Assembly (NCBI GenBank): GCA_038134595.1
Contig: JAYPVM010000008.1
Coordinates: 114,111 to 124,280, forward strand
Direction: 5' to 3'
DNA: 10,170 nucleotides
From: Pseudomonadota bacterium
GTDB lineage: Bacteria; Bdellovibrionota_C; UBA2361; OMII01
A model generated the notes under the pieces. The model had not been told where the DNA came from, did no database searches, and saw only the letters and a program-made list of their open reading frames with translations. Position 1 is the first letter of the stretch. Each line of letters starts with the position of its first letter. The translations under genes and the position numbers were made by a program. Positions 7,963-10,170 of the stretch are shown in pieces.

Positions 7963-8571
7963 ATGCGAGGAGTATTTTTCTTGTTAGGTCTTATGGCCAC
8001 CATTGTGGTGGATACTCTTGTTGTAGAGGCTCAGCAAGAAGACCCAAGAAGCTTTTTCCCAAAAGATTTTGTGCAAGGGGCTTCCGCTAAGCATACTACA
8101 CCAAGTCAGGCAGGGCCTCCGCCGCTAGATAGCGAACAAGTCGATTTCAGTGCCGCTATGAATCTATCTGAGAACAAGGCAGGTCTCTTCGCTCAAGTTA
8201 TCGTCAATTCTGTTGATAAAGAGCATTTTGATGTGGTTTGCCAGAAGGTATTGAGCCTACACAGAGCGGGACGAATGCGGATTGTTTCGTTAGGGCATAT
8301 GGGTAGCCATCAAAATATCTCTGAAAAGCAAAGGGAGCAGTTGTCGCAAGCTGGAATTCGGATTGTACCCTTTCGGGAGATTCCAAAGCAGATTCCTGTT
8401 ACAGTATCTCCTGCTTGGATGGTAACTACGGGCGTAGAAAACTATATCATAGAGGGATTCTACGAACCGGAGCGTTTTTTTACGACAGATGGTGTATTTG
8501 TTCCTCCTGTTGGTATGGACGTGGAGTATGGTAGCACGGATGGTTTTAACGGCGAATTAAAGGAGTTTTAA
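7963..8571 (+). CDS. Exported protein (202 aa), possible TrbC-like degenerate thioredoxin fold without CxxC
   Basis: Signal peptide ending in VEA|Q; beta-alpha pattern (AQVIVNSVDKEHF) and IPVTVSPAWMV resembling the cis-Pro loop IxxVPAxV of TrbC/TraF/TraW-type proteins; follows the TraU-like gene by 20 bp. Confidence 0.4.
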   Translation: MRGVFFLLGLMATIVVDTLVVEAQQEDPRSFFPKDFVQGASAKHTTPSQAGPPPLDSEQVDFSAAMNLSENKAGLFAQVIVNSVDKEHFDVVCQKVLSLHRAGRMRIVSLGHMGSHQNISEKQREQLSQAGIRIVPFREIPKQIPVTVSPAWMVTTGVENYIIEGFYEPERFFTTDGVFVPPVGMDVEYGSTDGFNGELKEF

Positions 8572-9399
8572 TTGAGACGCAGTGAGCCTAGGTGCTATTT
8601 TCAATTTACTTATTGGCGGTATTTTGTTGTCGCTATTAGTTTCTCGCTTGTTGCGGTGCAAATTGTATGGGCTGATACGACGCCGAGTTCTTTGCCAGAA
8701 ACTCCAGTGTCTACAACCGAAGCTCCGGTGATTGATTCCGATGAGTTTCGACAAAGTTATGTAAATTTTATCAAGGATCTAAAGGCAAAGGAGGGGGTTA
8801 GCGATGCTGAGAAAATGCGTGTCGATGAGTTTGAAAGTCACATCGAGAAGGGCGGAGAAATTTCGCAGAAATTTGTGATTATTCGGGGGCGAGATGGTGT
8901 GCCATTTCCTGACCCGGCTTCAATTTCTGAGAGTGACGCATTTACGGCTACTCCTACACCAGAAGCTACTGAAACCCCTTTGCCAACTTCGACACCGTGG
9001 CAGAAGCCTAACCGTTGCAGAGAAAGCAAGACAGAGGTAGAAATTCATTCGCCAGAGAGAGACCCTAAGCAGATCTATTGGGATGTGCTTTTTGTTTATG
9101 AAGATTTCATTCCGCTGGATCCAGTTGAGGTTTACGGCTCAAAGGTGAGGGTGCACGGTTATAATCCACAAAATGGCAAAGGGGCACTTATTCGGATGGA
9201 GATCTATCAGGTGCCATGTATTCCCTACAGAACCAGAAAGACGGCGAATGCCTACTACCACGATACCGGAGTAAACGCCCTTAAAAACTACGATACAGAT
9301 CCGACAGGCAAAGGAAAGCTTCATCCGTGGGTGTCAACTAAGCTCTATGGTAACAAGAAAGAAGCCCCGAGGAAGCCAAAGCGATTTCGTAGAAGATAA
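8572..9399 (+). CDS. Exported protein (275 aa) with Pro/Thr linker, possible TraW-like C-terminal domain
   Basis: TTG start directly after the upstream TAA with AAGGAG SD at 8560-8565; signal peptide ending in VWA|D; VLFVYED and YQVPCIPYR resemble TraW LxFIDGDD and FGIxxVPAxV; basic C-terminal tail KPKRFRRR. Confidence 0.35.
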   Translation: MRRSEPRCYFQFTYWRYFVVAISFSLVAVQIVWADTTPSSLPETPVSTTEAPVIDSDEFRQSYVNFIKDLKAKEGVSDAEKMRVDEFESHIEKGGEISQKFVIIRGRDGVPFPDPASISESDAFTATPTPEATETPLPTSTPWQKPNRCRESKTEVEIHSPERDPKQIYWDVLFVYEDFIPLDPVEVYGSKVRVHGYNPQNGKGALIRMEIYQVPCIPYRTRKTANAYYHDTGVNALKNYDTDPTGKGKLHPWVSTKLYGNKKEAPRKPKRFRRR

Positions 9400-9426
9400 T
9401 TAGCGGTTTTAATGTAACAGGGTGTT

Positions 9427-9918
9427 TTAGGCCTTTGTCCCACGAACCTTTCTGCTCGTTTCAACAGGTACTTGCTCTAATTCCGGATACGCATCTTCAA
9501 GCCGTTTCGCAAGTCTGTGCTGTGCGGCTTTTATCTGTTCACCAGATGCTTGTTTGAGATCAACACTGGCCTCTGCTACGGCTTCTTTTCTAGCATCGGA
9601 GATATTTGAAAGGATCTTTTCTTTTGTTTCTGGTGCTACATCTTTTACAGATAGGGCGATATCTTGAACGGGTACCTCTCGAAGTACTCGTTGTACTTCG
9701 CGGTTGCTTCGTGTGGCGAGATCTCCGAGGGTTTTAGCGATTGCGGCACTTTGTCGGTGCTCTTCATCCGCTAGAATCTTCTCAACTTTCTGGGCGACCT
9801 CTGGCTCGGTTTCACGTATGGCCGCAACAAGCCTATTGCGGTCTTCTACCGGCAATGCGCTTAAGATTTGGGCCGCCACCGTGGAGCCTTTTACGTCGAT
9901 TGTCTCATCCTTGGACAT
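9427..9918 (-). CDS. Stand-alone FliG C-terminal-domain-like protein (163 aa), truncated relative to full-length FliG
   Basis: GSTVAAQIL...AIRETEPEVAQKV resembles the end of FliG-M plus helix MC (GGxxxAAEIL...DPELAEEI); NREVQRVLREV...DIALSVK...KEKILSNIS...AAQ matches FliG-C (DRxIQRxLREV...LAxALK...EKIFxNMS...AQ). Confidence 0.8.
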   Translation of the reverse strand: MSKDETIDVKGSTVAAQILSALPVEDRNRLVAAIRETEPEVAQKVEKILADEEHRQSAAIAKTLGDLATRSNREVQRVLREVPVQDIALSVKDVAPETKEKILSNISDARKEAVAEASVDLKQASGEQIKAAQHRLAKRLEDAYPELEQVPVETSRKVRGTKA

Positions 9919-10053
9919 GTATTTTTAGATGCTTACCGGCAAGAAGTAGGAGCAGGAAATAGACCACGGGGTAAAATGACGTAAACTTAGGTAGTTAAGG
10001 TGTTTTCTGGGGGGCAGAGCTTGATCTTTTTCCTTCAGTTTGGCAGAGTCTTG

Positions 10054-10079
10054 CGACTGCTAGAAAGGTGTAGCAGTCG
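10054..10079. repeat. Perfect 9-bp inverted repeat with 8-nt spacer upstream of the tRNA
   Basis: CGACTGCTA (10054-10062), gaaaggtg, TAGCAGTCG (10071-10079). Confidence 0.85.
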
Positions 10080-10083
10080 GTAG

Positions 10084-10160
10084 GCCCACGTAGCTCAGCT
10101 GGTTAGAGCGCAGAACTCATAATTCTGAGGTCCCTTGTTCGAGTCAAGGCGTGGGCACCA
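10084..10160 (+). tRNA. tRNA with CAU anticodon: elongator tRNA-Met or tRNA-Ile2 (lysidine); not initiator
   Basis: Acceptor stem GCCCACG/CGTGGGC, discriminator A and encoded CCA; D arm GCTC..GAGC; anticodon arm CAGAA-CTCATAA-TTCTG; T arm CCTTG-TTCGAGT-CAAGG. Paired G1-C72 and no three consecutive G-C anticodon-stem pairs exclude fMet. Confidence 0.95.
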
Positions 10161-10170
10161 TCACCACCTT

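Noticed and set aside
6659..9962. Short antisense or nested ORFs within the plus-strand operon and the fliG-like gene
   Set aside because: All overlap longer CDSs that have coherent signal peptides or motifs.
10040..10055. Sigma-54-like TTGGCA...TTGC upstream of the tRNA
   Set aside because: GG-to-GC spacing is 9 nt rather than the required 10.
10084..10170. tRNA as attachment site for an ICE carrying the tra-like genes
   Set aside because: The genes lie on the 5' side of the tRNA, whereas islands usually extend from the 3' end; no integrase or duplicated tRNA 3' fragment was seen in the window.
1..10170. CRISPR array, IS element or prophage
   Set aside because: No regularly spaced direct repeats, terminal inverted repeats with a transposase, or phage hallmark proteins were recognised.

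Overview
AT-moderate bacterial window, nearly all coding and almost entirely uncharacterised secreted proteins in two divergent blocks sharing a ~250-bp intergenic region (5734-5980). The minus-strand block has six signal-peptide proteins in two parallel three-gene units, [330 aa glycine-zipper, 216 aa transglutaminase-like Cys-His-Glu, 120 aa six-Cys] and [560 aa papain-like Cys-His-Asn, 380 aa Gly/Gln-rich, 133 aa six-Cys paralog], followed by the 5' end of another gene at the left edge. The plus-strand block is a three-gene operon whose products resemble, by motif recognition only, highly diverged F-type conjugative T4SS periplasmic proteins TraU, TrbC and TraW. A stand-alone truncated FliG-like gene and a CAU-anticodon tRNA close the window. 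No relaxase, integrase, transposase or CRISPR array is visible. The best hypothesis is a repurposed TraU/TrbC/TraW module linked to secreted cysteine enzymes with paralogous inhibitor/immunity-like partners. All family calls are by eye and need HMM or structure confirmation.
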